NCBI GenBank assembly: GCA_049511835.1
Contig: JBEKXN010000008.1
Location: forward strand, 42,090-106,089
Length of the DNA: 64,000 nucleotides
From: Verrucomicrobiota bacterium
Lineage (GTDB): Bacteria; Verrucomicrobiota; Verrucomicrobiia; Limisphaerales; UBA11358
Direction of reading: 5' to 3'
Shown: positions 29,301-36,253 of the stretch, piece by piece
Numbering within the stretch: position 1 is the first letter of the stretch
Layout: each line of letters opens with the position of its first letter
The notes under the pieces: generated by a model
The model's input: the letters and a program-made list of their open reading frames with translations, nothing else
What the model was told of the DNA's origin: nothing
Databases searched by the model: none
Program-made: the position numbers and the translations under genes

Positions 29301-29399
29301 CACGGCAACGGGTTGCGCCGCCGGGGCCGGCAATGTCAGCAGACCAAGCGCAAGCCCGCCCAGCCCCGCCAATGGAATAATTTTTACAAGACGAATCAT
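23364..29399 (-). CDS. 2011-aa secreted multidomain surface protein (SBBP beta-propeller repeats, 9 Ig-like domains, 7 RCC1 blades, C-terminal beta domain)
   Basis: ORF 23364..29690 trimmed to ATG 29399 (signal peptide MIRLVKIIPLAGLGGLALGLLTLPAPAAQP). The start lies 1 nt after the bamA stop. Domain calls are from repeat motifs, see the sub-features. Confidence 0.8.
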   Translation of the reverse strand: MIRLVKIIPLAGLGGLALGLLTLPAPAAQPVAVPANLPLYFEASQGQANAPAQFVARGHDYQFLISPAEAQIVLRKTTAESAVVRMQFVGANAQAPVRGDAELPGKINHLTGNDPAQWRVGLAMFAKVRVGGLYPGVNLVYYGNQQQLEYDFDIAPGANPLAIAMHFDGVDKISINPQGELILSLAGGEIRQPKPVIYQVIGGARKEIEGGYRLVDAHTVAFTIGQYDHSQPLVIDPLLSYSTYIGGDAGDTAWSVTLDINGNVYIAGQTFSKQFANNVPFTTNAYQANFAGGKLTGDAFVFKLDAASGYPAYITYLGGSDDEVATCLAVDNNGNAFVAGYTDSTNFPVSTNAIQKKIGGAFRPSYGSYPVDAFVTELGSAGTNIIYSTYFGGAGVDSAYGIAVDAADNAYITGFTSSTNFPVMNAIAYRLAGRTNTVLDHLACTNSFYFNANAFIAIIGPGGTNLVCSSYFGGTNFDEGKGIAVDTNGFVYVTGFTASTNFPTTNAVYQQMVWTNIEVTPSSTNYVSITNTWNGSLLNGSITNTSPYDAFVAKFASTGTNLNLIYSTFLGGTNNDVANGIAVDNNGAAYVTGWTISTNFPNTVTNIAALHSFVATNTSFSVLATNVFLTKIITNGTQAVIAWSTIFGGNGADIGYGVAVDPAGEAFVTGAASSTNFPTFNVPTLMRYTNSGKSDAFVIAFNTNATALLYSTYLGGKDNDYGYGIAVYTNGDAYVVGQTLSTNFLTLIADYPTLNGTNDAFLTKIMLSVTAPTNATILPTNQAVAVGSNATFSVSVDTNGTPPFFYQWQDGTNLVNGTNLVDAINISGATTTSLTITNAQMTNSGFYYQVIVTNYGGSVTSIIAGLTVTNVPPAITVQPTNQLVGAGTGAILTVTATGTAPLSYQWQIQDTNSVSGWTNLVNGGRISGATTNVLTISNVQTNDNNTGYSVIVTNYGGSVTSALAVLTVTALPKITLQPTNESMAVGATAAFTVTAIGTVPLHFQWQIGTNNPVNLVNRGNINGTTANTLTITNAQTTNSGEYTVVVTNIAGVVTSSVAVLNVTNIPPTITLQPASQTNGVGTKVTMTVTATGTSPLSYQWIIGGTTNLMSGTNLVNGVKVITSGATSNVLTISNVQTNNDGNYTVVVTGPGGSTNSSVAVLTVYSSPVITVQPTPTNQAIAVGATATYSVTAIGTVPLSYQWLVNGTSLTNGGGISGAKTNVLTITTTNTPNITNSYSVIVTNVAGSVTSSNVLLTVTNKLPTITVQPTNQTVATATTVNFAVTATGTLPLSYQWQLNGTNLVNSGHSGQISGATTWELTIKNAQTTNSGNYTVVITNFAGSVTSSVATLTVAASPLITMQPTNQTIVAGSTATFAVTVIGTVPLHYQWQMNGTNLVNGGGISNVTTTVLTIGNAQTNNSGSYSVIVSNSVGSVTSSNAVLTMVSAPVIVMQPTPTNQAIAVGSDATFTVAAIGIAPLSYQWQMNGTNLVDGTNLVNGDITSGSTTTNLTISNAQTNNSGTYTVVITNIAGSVASSNAVLTVVRLMVVAWGNNDHGQTNVPVDATNVMAIAGGGYHSLALQTNGTVVAWGANDFGEANVPADLTNVVAIAAGYVHSLALQANGTVVAWGAGTNNTGSFPAYGQAIVPADLTNVVAIAAGFFHNLALQANGTVVAWGAGQTNNPSDGYDYGQSIVPVGLSNVVAVAGSGYDSLALQVNGTVVVWGDNTYGQTNMPADLTNVVAIAGGGFHSLALRANGTVVVWGDNTYGQTDMPADLTNVVAIAGGGYHSLALQANGTVVAWEADDDGQTNVPADLTNVVAVAGGYLHSMALENDGSPFIVRQPASQTASTNITVTFTVIALGAPALSYEWQKNGSNLIDGGNVSGSTSTTLTLTDVQDADAAGYAVVITNAIGSVTSSNAVLTVTNIPLGFIPPSFGNIIAESGVSGSFILSGTGGLSNGTYYVLASSNLLAPLTNWTYIATNQFDSEGNFIFTNTAQTNAPQEFYLLQLP
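23895..24764 (-). other. seven RCC1-type propeller blades within the giant protein
   Basis: Seven units of VVAWGxNxxGQTNVPADLTNVVAIAGGGYHSLALQANGT. Blades 5-7 are near-identical at DNA level with 117-nt periodicity. Confidence 0.75.
24765..27089 (-). other. eight tandem Ig-like (I-set-like) domains within the giant protein; a ninth follows the RCC1 region
   Basis: Repeated PxITxQPTNQxxxxGxxAxFxVxAxGTxPLSYQWQxNGTNLxxGxxISGATTxxLTIxNAQxxNSGxYxVVxTNxxGSVTSxxAxLTV. Confidence 0.7.
27100..28690 (-). other. SBBP-type beta-propeller repeat region within the giant protein
   Basis: Repeated YSTYLGGxxxDxGxGIAVDxxGNAYVTGxTxSxNFP...DAFVTK units. Confidence 0.6.
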
Positions 29400-29400
29400 T

Positions 29401-31857
29401 TTAAAAAGGACGCTGCCAGCCGACACCGAATTGGAACCGGCCGGACCTGCCGTTGTATTGATCGTGATTAATGGGCACGCCATATTCAAGCCGCAACGGG
29501 CCGAGCTTGGGGATGTTGATGTGCAGGCCGAGGCCCCAGTTGTCATCAAAATTTCCTGAAAACGAATAGGGTTGCGCGCCAACGTCGCCGATGTCGTAGA
29601 ACAGGGCGAAGCGCACGCCGGGACCATTGTCCTTTTCAAAAATGGGCAGGCTGTATTCCACCGAGCCCATCCAGTAACTGTCGCCGCCAATCGGATCCTC
29701 CACTACTTTGGGTGCGTAGGGATCAAACGGTTCGCGCGGGCCGATGCTGCGGTATCTGAAACCGCGCAGCGAATAGAGGCCGCCAAGATAATACCGGTCA
29801 TAAAACGGCACGTCGCCGGAACTCAAACTGTCCGCAATGCCGGCGCGTCCGACCGCCTCAATCACATGGCCTTTGAACAGGCCGGGAAAATACCAGGCGG
29901 TTTTGGCTTCCACTTTGTAATACGTGGTGTCGCCGAGGCTGAATTCCGGGTCAATTTCCGTCCGCTGGCCGTGATTCGGCAATTGCGTGCTGTTGCGCGT
30001 GTCATAGGCAAGGGTTACGCCAAAGCGCTGATACAAATGATCGCCGGTTTGATCAAGAATGGCATTCGGCACGTTTCGCGAGTTTCCCCAAGGAAGAGGA
30101 TACGTTTCATCACCATGAAACCCGCCGTTCAGGCTGATGCCCACGTCTTCGAGCGTGTAGCTGACGCTGCCGATAAGAAAGTCGCTCCACAACGCGCGGG
30201 TCAGGCTCAGGCGCACGCCGGTCCGGTCTTCATTATAAATGTTATTCGGACTCTCAAAGTCCCATTGATGCCGGTAAAGGTCCACCCCGAACGAAAGTTT
30301 GCGGTTCAAAAACCACGGCTCGACGAACGAAAGTTCGTAGTCCTGGCGCTTGGTGCCGAGTTGAACGAAGAGCCGGAGTTTCTGGCCGGCGCCGGTGAAC
30401 GTGGGCGGGTGGAACAGGTCGGCATTGCCCTGCGTTATCTCGGCGTAACCCACCAGCGCGTCCACCGAACTGAAACCCGCGCCCAGCATGAAGTTGCCGG
30501 TGTTCTGTTCCTCCACGTTTACGATCAAATCCTTGCGCCCGGCAATCGGCGGGTCGGTCGTCTCCGGCCGCATGTCCACCTTTTCGAAATACTGCAAGCC
30601 TTCGAGACGCTGCTTGCTGATTTTGACGCGCACCATGTCAAAGGTTTCGCCCGGGGAAATGGCCAGTTCGCGGCGGATGACCTTGTCCTTGGTCTTGTTG
30701 TTGCCGCGGATGTCAATTTTTTCGACGCGGGATTTCTGTCCTTCCTTGATTTGAAACTCCAGATCCATCGTGCCCGTCTCCACGTTCGGAATGTACGCGG
30801 CGCGCAGCGCCGGTCCCTGCCCCACGTCAATGTAACCCTTGCTGCCGTAAAAATCCTCGATGGCCTGCGTGTCCTTGTTCAGGCCGCCGGGCGTGAAAAT
30901 GTCGCCGACGTCCATGGCCAGGCCGTGCGGGCCGAGCTTGTCCTTGGAATGTTCGAAGTTGTGGACGGATTGCAGGCCGTGATGGATTTCCTCCGCATTG
31001 AAAAGTTTGTTGCCGGTGAAGGTGACCGAGCCGACCTTGTATTGCCGTCCTTCATTGAGGTAAAAACGAATCACCATTTTGTTTGTCGCCGGGTGATCGA
31101 GCTTCACGTCCTTGATTTCAAAATCAAGATAACCCCGACTGTGGTAAAATTCGGCGAGCTGGTCGCGGTCGTCGTCGAAATCATCCTCCTTGAACACGCC
31201 GCTGCCCGTCAGCCACGAAAACATCCAGCGCCGTTTGGTCTTGAGCTGTTTGCGCAGTTCCTTTTGCGAGAAGGCCGCCGGGCCGATGAAATCAACCTGC
31301 TCGATTTTGATCTTTTGCGCTTCGGTGATTTCAAAGGTGACCGTGCCGCGTCCCGCATTCTCGTCAATGTTCGGAACATATTTCACCTGGGTGCCGGCCC
31401 GGCCATATTTTTCGTAAAGCTTCTGGATTTCCTGGCAGTCGCTGAACATTTTCTGCTCGTCGAAAGGCTGGCCGGTTTTCACGGTGATTTTCTTCCGGAT
31501 TTTGGAATCACTGAGTTTTTTGTTGCCCTGAATCTTGATGTCCGTCAGCCGCGGCCGCGGCTGCACCACGTAGGTGAGCACCACGCCGCCGTCATCGGCC
31601 GGTTCCGCCGTGACGCGGATGTTGTAAAACTGCCCGGTCGCATAGAGCGCGTGGATGTCGTCCTCGGTGGCCAGGGGAAGATAAATGTCGCCGGCTTTGA
31701 GGCGGATGTTGGAACGGACCAATTGTTCGCTGACCGACGCCGGGCCGATATACTTCACGTCCACGCGGTCAATTTTCGGGCCGGTCGGCTGCGCCCACAC
31801 GGCTGACGCGCCGCCGAGCAACAGCCAGATTCCGAATCGGCGGAAAAATAATTTCAT
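29401..31857 (-). CDS. bamA: outer membrane protein assembly factor BamA (Omp85)
   Basis: 818 aa; signal peptide, five POTRA-like segments (IDRVDVKYIG..., LTDIKIQGNKKLS..., IEQVDFIGPAAFS..., VGSVTFTGNKLF..., VEKIDIRGNNKTKDKVIRREL), C-terminal barrel ending ...RFQFGVGWQRPF. Confidence 0.9.
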   Translation of the reverse strand: MKLFFRRFGIWLLLGGASAVWAQPTGPKIDRVDVKYIGPASVSEQLVRSNIRLKAGDIYLPLATEDDIHALYATGQFYNIRVTAEPADDGGVVLTYVVQPRPRLTDIKIQGNKKLSDSKIRKKITVKTGQPFDEQKMFSDCQEIQKLYEKYGRAGTQVKYVPNIDENAGRGTVTFEITEAQKIKIEQVDFIGPAAFSQKELRKQLKTKRRWMFSWLTGSGVFKEDDFDDDRDQLAEFYHSRGYLDFEIKDVKLDHPATNKMVIRFYLNEGRQYKVGSVTFTGNKLFNAEEIHHGLQSVHNFEHSKDKLGPHGLAMDVGDIFTPGGLNKDTQAIEDFYGSKGYIDVGQGPALRAAYIPNVETGTMDLEFQIKEGQKSRVEKIDIRGNNKTKDKVIRRELAISPGETFDMVRVKISKQRLEGLQYFEKVDMRPETTDPPIAGRKDLIVNVEEQNTGNFMLGAGFSSVDALVGYAEITQGNADLFHPPTFTGAGQKLRLFVQLGTKRQDYELSFVEPWFLNRKLSFGVDLYRHQWDFESPNNIYNEDRTGVRLSLTRALWSDFLIGSVSYTLEDVGISLNGGFHGDETYPLPWGNSRNVPNAILDQTGDHLYQRFGVTLAYDTRNSTQLPNHGQRTEIDPEFSLGDTTYYKVEAKTAWYFPGLFKGHVIEAVGRAGIADSLSSGDVPFYDRYYLGGLYSLRGFRYRSIGPREPFDPYAPKVVEDPIGGDSYWMGSVEYSLPIFEKDNGPGVRFALFYDIGDVGAQPYSFSGNFDDNWGLGLHINIPKLGPLRLEYGVPINHDQYNGRSGRFQFGVGWQRPF

Positions 31858-31860
31858 CGT

Positions 31861-33333
31861 CTATTGGTCCACCGGCACGTCTTCGTCACTGACTTTGGCT
31901 GCGCTTTCAAAACGAGTGTACGGTTTCAAAAAGGTTAAGTTTACATCACCTGTGGGGCCGTTGCGCTGCTTCGCAATCAACAGATTAATCGGCAGTCCAT
32001 CCGGCTCTTCCACTGTGGCGCCATCTTCATCTTCACCAGCGTTCGGCTTGTACAGCAGACCCACCACGTCGGCGTCCTGTTCAATCGCGCCCGATTCACG
32101 CAAATCAGACAACCGCGGCTTGCGGCTTTTGTCCCGCTCCAATTCGCGGTTCAACTGGCTGAGCACCAGCATCGGCACCTTCAATTCCTTCGCCAGCGCC
32201 TTGATGCCGCTGGAAATGTCCGAAATTTCCTGCTGCCGGTTTTCCTGTGCCCGGCGCGCAGTAGAATGCAGCAATTGCAGGTAGTCAATCACGAAAAGCT
32301 TGATGCCGTGCTGCTGCGCCAGCCGCCGCGCCCGCGCGCGCAGTTGCAAAATCGAAAGCGCCGCCGAATCATCAATGAACAACGGCGCGCCCGCCAGCCG
32401 GCCCGCCGCGTTGGTCAGCTTCGGAAAATCCGACTCGCTCATGAAGCCTTCGCGGATGCTGCGCAGATTCACCCGCGCGAGCGAACACATCATGCGCAAC
32501 ACCAGCGCCTCCGCGCTCATTTCCAGGCTGAACACGGCCACCGGCAACTTTTGCTCCAGCACCACGTGCTCCGCGATGTTCATGGCGATGGAGGTTTTGC
32601 CCATGCTGGGACGGGCGGCGATGACGATCATTTCACTCCCGTGCAAACCGTCCGTTATCCGGTCCAGGTCCGTGAAGCCCGTGGCCAGGCCGTTCAACAC
32701 GCCTTTGCGGCTGAAATAATTTTCAATCGTCCCGATGGCCTTGCCCACCAGCTCCTTCGTGGGCAACACGCCGCCTCGCACGCGCGATTCCGCAATTTGC
32801 AAAACATCTCGTTCAACCTCGTCAAGTAGTGCATCAACCTCTCCTTCAAATTCATAGACTTTACTGGTCGCCTCAGTGCAAACCGCAATCATTTTCCGCA
32901 ACAAAAATTTTTCGCGGACGATGTCTAGGTAATAGGAAAGATTCGCTGCACTCGGAACTGCGTCCTGGAGTTGGGACAAATAAAGAATCCCACCGATTTG
33001 TTCCAGTAAACCTTTATCTTTTAGCTTTTGCTGAAGAGTGATTACATCAATTCCTTGCCGCTGATCGTACATTGCGGCCAACATCTCGTAAATTGTTTGA
33101 TGTCGCAGGTCATAAAAAACGTCTGGTCCAATATCCTTTAGTTTCTCGATGCATTCTCCCATGCATTCATTAGGCGAAAGCAGCGCACAACCTAGAACCC
33201 CTTGTTCTGCTTCGATCGAATGGGGCGGCAATCGATCCAGATGCAACTTTTCCGTTGCTTCTGACCTTACACGGCGAGTCTTTTTCAAATCTGGCGAAGC
33301 GGTTCTATCTGAATTTAAATTGCTCATATGCAT
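31861..33333 (-). CDS. dnaB: replicative DNA helicase DnaB (start uncertain: ATG 33333 or 33387)
   Basis: LPPHSIEAEQGVLGCALL N-terminal domain; Walker A AARPSMGKTS; IDYLQL; SQLNRELE; AKQRNGPTG. ATG 33333 overlaps the TAA of the upstream 92-aa ORF (TAATG). GC drops from about 60% to about 40% upstream of about 32800. Confidence 0.9.
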   Translation of the reverse strand: MHMSNLNSDRTASPDLKKTRRVRSEATEKLHLDRLPPHSIEAEQGVLGCALLSPNECMGECIEKLKDIGPDVFYDLRHQTIYEMLAAMYDQRQGIDVITLQQKLKDKGLLEQIGGILYLSQLQDAVPSAANLSYYLDIVREKFLLRKMIAVCTEATSKVYEFEGEVDALLDEVERDVLQIAESRVRGGVLPTKELVGKAIGTIENYFSRKGVLNGLATGFTDLDRITDGLHGSEMIVIAARPSMGKTSIAMNIAEHVVLEQKLPVAVFSLEMSAEALVLRMMCSLARVNLRSIREGFMSESDFPKLTNAAGRLAGAPLFIDDSAALSILQLRARARRLAQQHGIKLFVIDYLQLLHSTARRAQENRQQEISDISSGIKALAKELKVPMLVLSQLNRELERDKSRKPRLSDLRESGAIEQDADVVGLLYKPNAGEDEDGATVEEPDGLPINLLIAKQRNGPTGDVNLTFLKPYTRFESAAKVSDEDVPVDQ

Positions 33334-33611
33334 TAATTGTTTTGGTTTGCGGTGGCTTTTGATAACGCTCGTTTGGATCTTCGCCATTGGGTGATATCCG
33401 ACGGCACGTAGATTTTGCTTAACTTTGTGTTAAGCCAATCAGCCCCAAAATCTCCTCTACCAAAATCGTAAGCAGCTTGATCGGGGTCTGTATAATTGGA
33501 GTGAATGAATACCCCATTGAAACAAAAATCCCAAAAGCCTGGACACTCTTTGTTTTTGGAAAGGCTCAACACGCCTTTGCCGGTGTCAAATTCATAATAT
33601 TTGGGTTCCAT
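33333..33611 (-). CDS. hypothetical 92-aa protein, low GC, translationally abutted to dnaB
   Basis: ORF-track ORF MEPKYYEFDTGKGVLSLSKNKECPGFWDFCFNGVFIHSNYTDPDQAAYDFGRGDFGADW... No family recognised. Confidence 0.4.
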   Translation of the reverse strand: MEPKYYEFDTGKGVLSLSKNKECPGFWDFCFNGVFIHSNYTDPDQAAYDFGRGDFGADWLNTKLSKIYVPSDITQWRRSKRALSKATANQNN

Positions 33612-33711
33612 ACGTTTCGAAGATCAGGCTACTCATTCAACTGTAAAAGAAAAAAACGACTTCTTCACCGCTTAAATCGACGTTTGTGAATAAAGGACGA
33701 GTAATTTTTTT

Positions 33712-35034
33712 TTATTCACAAGGTTGCTGACAAAAATTCATTACGAAAGTGCTGGCACTACGGCCAATGTGGCGGTTTGGTGACGCTCCGTTCCGGACGA
33801 GCTTGATCTCCCCAGCCTTTTGTCCAATTGCAGGAGCACTCCAGTTTTCGCGGTTTATCTGCCGGGACAACGCCAAGTAGAGGCATACCCAAATCAAATT
33901 GAAATCTCTGATGCGGCATTGTGGAAGCTCCGGTAATCCGTGTTTATCCTTGTTCCAAGGTGAAGCACCGCCGCCGTTGTGCGGGTGATAACTGACGAGT
34001 TGCCAGCGCCGCCCGTCCGCCACAACGAGGCCTTGTGGCGAACCTGCGACGCGACCCAACAGCGGTGAACCTTCCGGCAGATGAGCGCCGTCAAGCGGTT
34101 GGCCGGGATAACCACCCGGCACAATGACCAGCACATCGGTCATCTGAAGATGCCGGTAACCCGGACGCGTTGGCACGTCGCGGTAAATCACCGCCGGGAA
34201 CGGTTGCTGGATGAAATCCACCCGGCAACCACCCTGCTTGAGTTTTTCCAACTCGCGCTCAATGCGCGTCGGTTCGACAAAGCCGCCGGCGACGTTGTTT
34301 CGAACCACACGGAACTCGTCGCAGTTCTCGATGCAAATCTCCTTGTCCAAGGGCACGGGTTCGGGTTCGCCCTTCTTCAACAGGCGGAACACTTCCGTAT
34401 TGCGCGGATTGTCGCTGACAAGCGCGGCGATTTGCAACCCAGTCATGTGATGCTTTACGCCCTCGGCCTCAGTGAAGCGTTTGTTGTTCACGATGATTTC
34501 CAGTTGAGTGTGCTGACGGCGGGTGTAAAACACCGGCCCCTTGTCAAACGGCGCGGCTTCTTCAAGGCTGATTGACTCGTCACGCGGTGACTCAAAATCC
34601 CGGAACAGAAGCACGTCATCCTTAAAGCCAAACAGCTCGCGGATGGACTTTCCAGTCTGATGCGGATTTATCGTCACCTCCGCCCGGTCGTCCACGATTA
34701 GGGCCAGCTTCGGCGGCGCGCTGCATTGCCCACGCGGTTTTACGTCGCAGGCGGCCAACCGATAGAAGACGTTTCCTTTTGCGAGGTCAACGGTTTCTCC
34801 GTCGGCTAATACCGTGTCATCCGGCGAGTCGTAATCACGGACCAGCACGAAATTGGGAGGAATCTCGGCTTGCGCCTTGATGACGCCGACCTTGACCAGT
34901 TGCCGCGGCATCGGAATCGGCTCATCATCAACCAGCGCTGCCCACTTTGGCGCGGGGCTGCAATTCTGCGCATGTTCTGCCTCGGGTTCTCCGCGGCCCT
35001 CTTGAATAACTTTATCGTTCATAGTCTTTCTCAT
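33712..35034 (-). CDS. fusion of three ubiquitin-like (multiubiquitin-type) repeats with a prokaryotic E2-fold (Prok-E2_E-like) domain
   Basis: ORF 33712..35178 trimmed to ATG 35034 (or 35022), because the long form overlaps the divergent XRE gene. Three repeats of about 65 aa: ALVDDEPIPM...GNVFYRL / ALIVDDRAEV...GPVFYTR / LEIIVNNKRFTEAEGVKHHMTGLQIAAL...DEFRVV. Then VPTRPGYRHLQMTDVLVIVPGGYPGQPLDGAHL...DGRRWQLVSYHPHNGGGASPWNKDKHGL, resembling the lPxGY...DlLixlPxgYP...WQRwSRH...W pattern. Family assignment is from memory and unverified. Confidence 0.55.
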   Translation of the reverse strand: MRKTMNDKVIQEGRGEPEAEHAQNCSPAPKWAALVDDEPIPMPRQLVKVGVIKAQAEIPPNFVLVRDYDSPDDTVLADGETVDLAKGNVFYRLAACDVKPRGQCSAPPKLALIVDDRAEVTINPHQTGKSIRELFGFKDDVLLFRDFESPRDESISLEEAAPFDKGPVFYTRRQHTQLEIIVNNKRFTEAEGVKHHMTGLQIAALVSDNPRNTEVFRLLKKGEPEPVPLDKEICIENCDEFRVVRNNVAGGFVEPTRIERELEKLKQGGCRVDFIQQPFPAVIYRDVPTRPGYRHLQMTDVLVIVPGGYPGQPLDGAHLPEGSPLLGRVAGSPQGLVVADGRRWQLVSYHPHNGGGASPWNKDKHGLPELPQCRIRDFNLIWVCLYLALSRQINRENWSAPAIGQKAGEIKLVRNGASPNRHIGRSASTFVMNFCQQPCE

Positions 35035-35074
35035 TTCGAGTTTTAGCGACCAGTTCCAACGTGGGAACCAGCTC

Positions 35075-35102
35075 GATGTTGCGTTAGTGCAACATCGTTG
35101 CA
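35075..35102. promoter_or_regulatory. overlapping palindromes, candidate XRE operator(s) in divergent promoter region
   Basis: GATGTTGC-GTTAGT-GCAACATC overlapping TGCAAC-ATC-GTTGCA. Half-site GTTGC/GCAAC occurs four times within 28 bp between the Ubl/E2 gene and the XRE gene. Confidence 0.4.
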
Positions 35103-35170
35103 TTACCAATAACACAAAAGACTTGTCGCGCAAGTGAAAAAGTGTATCATTCAAGAAACAGTTATTGCCT

Positions 35171-35545
35171 ATGCCCACTCAACCACATATCAACCTGAAA
35201 AAATTGGCGGCTCACCTTCGCACGAAGCGCGGCACAAAAGGCCTGCGCGAAGTAGCGATGGAAATTGGCGACGTGAGTGCTTCTACACTCTCGCGAATCG
35301 AACAAGGCAATGTGCCAGATGTGGCCACCTTCATGCGCATTTGTCGGTGGTTGGGGGTAGATTCCCGTGCATTCATGACGGAAACATCTTCGGAAAAGGA
35401 AAAAATCGATACCCCGCACGTCATTGAAGCGCATCTCCGGGCGGATCGCGTTCTGCCTTCAGAAACGATTAACGCGCTATCAGAAATGATTCGCGTCGCG
35501 TATAAGGCGGCGAAGGAGGGGAAACTAAAAAAAATGAACGAATGA
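35171..35545 (+). CDS. XRE-family helix-turn-helix transcriptional regulator
   Basis: LKKLAAHLRTKRGTKGLREVAMEIGDVSASTLSRIEQGNVPDVATFMRICRWLGV is a Cro/C1-type HTH. ATG 35171 preferred over TTG 35165. Confidence 0.75.
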   Translation: MPTQPHINLKKLAAHLRTKRGTKGLREVAMEIGDVSASTLSRIEQGNVPDVATFMRICRWLGVDSRAFMTETSSEKEKIDTPHVIEAHLRADRVLPSETINALSEMIRVAYKAAKEGKLKKMNE

Positions 35546-35549
35546 ATTC

Positions 35550-36122
35550 ATGCAACGTGGTTTCAAAACTAAGGCAGAAAAAATTGCGTGTGAACTCAGG
35601 GCCAAGCTCGGACTTACCGCACATTCACCACTTTCTGCAAAGAAACTCATCGAGCATTTGGAGGTTTTGCTCCTCCGGCCTACGGACATCCCTGAATTAA
35701 AGCCCGAGGTGATTGACGAAATGCTGAACGGTAGTGCAAGTCGTTGGTCCGCTGTTACGATTTACGATCCGTGCGGTCAGCCTTTCATTATCCACAATCC
35801 GAAACATGCGCCGACGCGTCAAGAAAGTGATCTCATGCACGAGGCTGCCCATGTTCTATGCAAACATCCACCTGGAAAGATTGTTCGGGTAGGAGAACTA
35901 AATTTTCGCTCCTATGATGAAAACCATGAGGAAGAAGCCAAATGGCTCGGTGCATGTTTGCAGATCACCAGACGCGGCTTACTTTGGGCTATCGGTCGCC
36001 AGATGACCATCGAGCAAATTGGCGAATATTTCTGTGCAAGCGAGGCGCTCATTCGGTATCGGCGGAATGTGACAGGTGTGGATGTGCAAATGATGCGGTA
36101 TTACGGTGTTTCGTATCGTTGA
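35550..36122 (+). CDS. ImmA/IrrE-family zinc metallopeptidase
   Basis: HEAAHVLCKH (HExxH) with downstream EEEAKWLGACL. Lies 4 nt after the XRE gene, the classical XRE-ImmA pair. Confidence 0.75.
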   Translation: MQRGFKTKAEKIACELRAKLGLTAHSPLSAKKLIEHLEVLLLRPTDIPELKPEVIDEMLNGSASRWSAVTIYDPCGQPFIIHNPKHAPTRQESDLMHEAAHVLCKHPPGKIVRVGELNFRSYDENHEEEAKWLGACLQITRRGLLWAIGRQMTIEQIGEYFCASEALIRYRRNVTGVDVQMMRYYGVSYR

Positions 36123-36253
36123 AAACTTTATTCGATTCTTCAGCGCACCTTCATGAAAGCCGGAAACGGATTAAACAATTCGCCAACAGTTCTTGACTTT
36201 AGTGGCCCGGCTCGTAAGCGTTAGTCCTGCTGCCGCTGCTGCTGCTTTTATTT

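Noticed and set aside
29572-31806. 744-aa plus-strand ORF opposite bamA
   Set aside because: Antisense to a clear Omp85/POTRA protein. Its composition (R, G, V, A, H rich) and lack of motifs indicate a shadow ORF.
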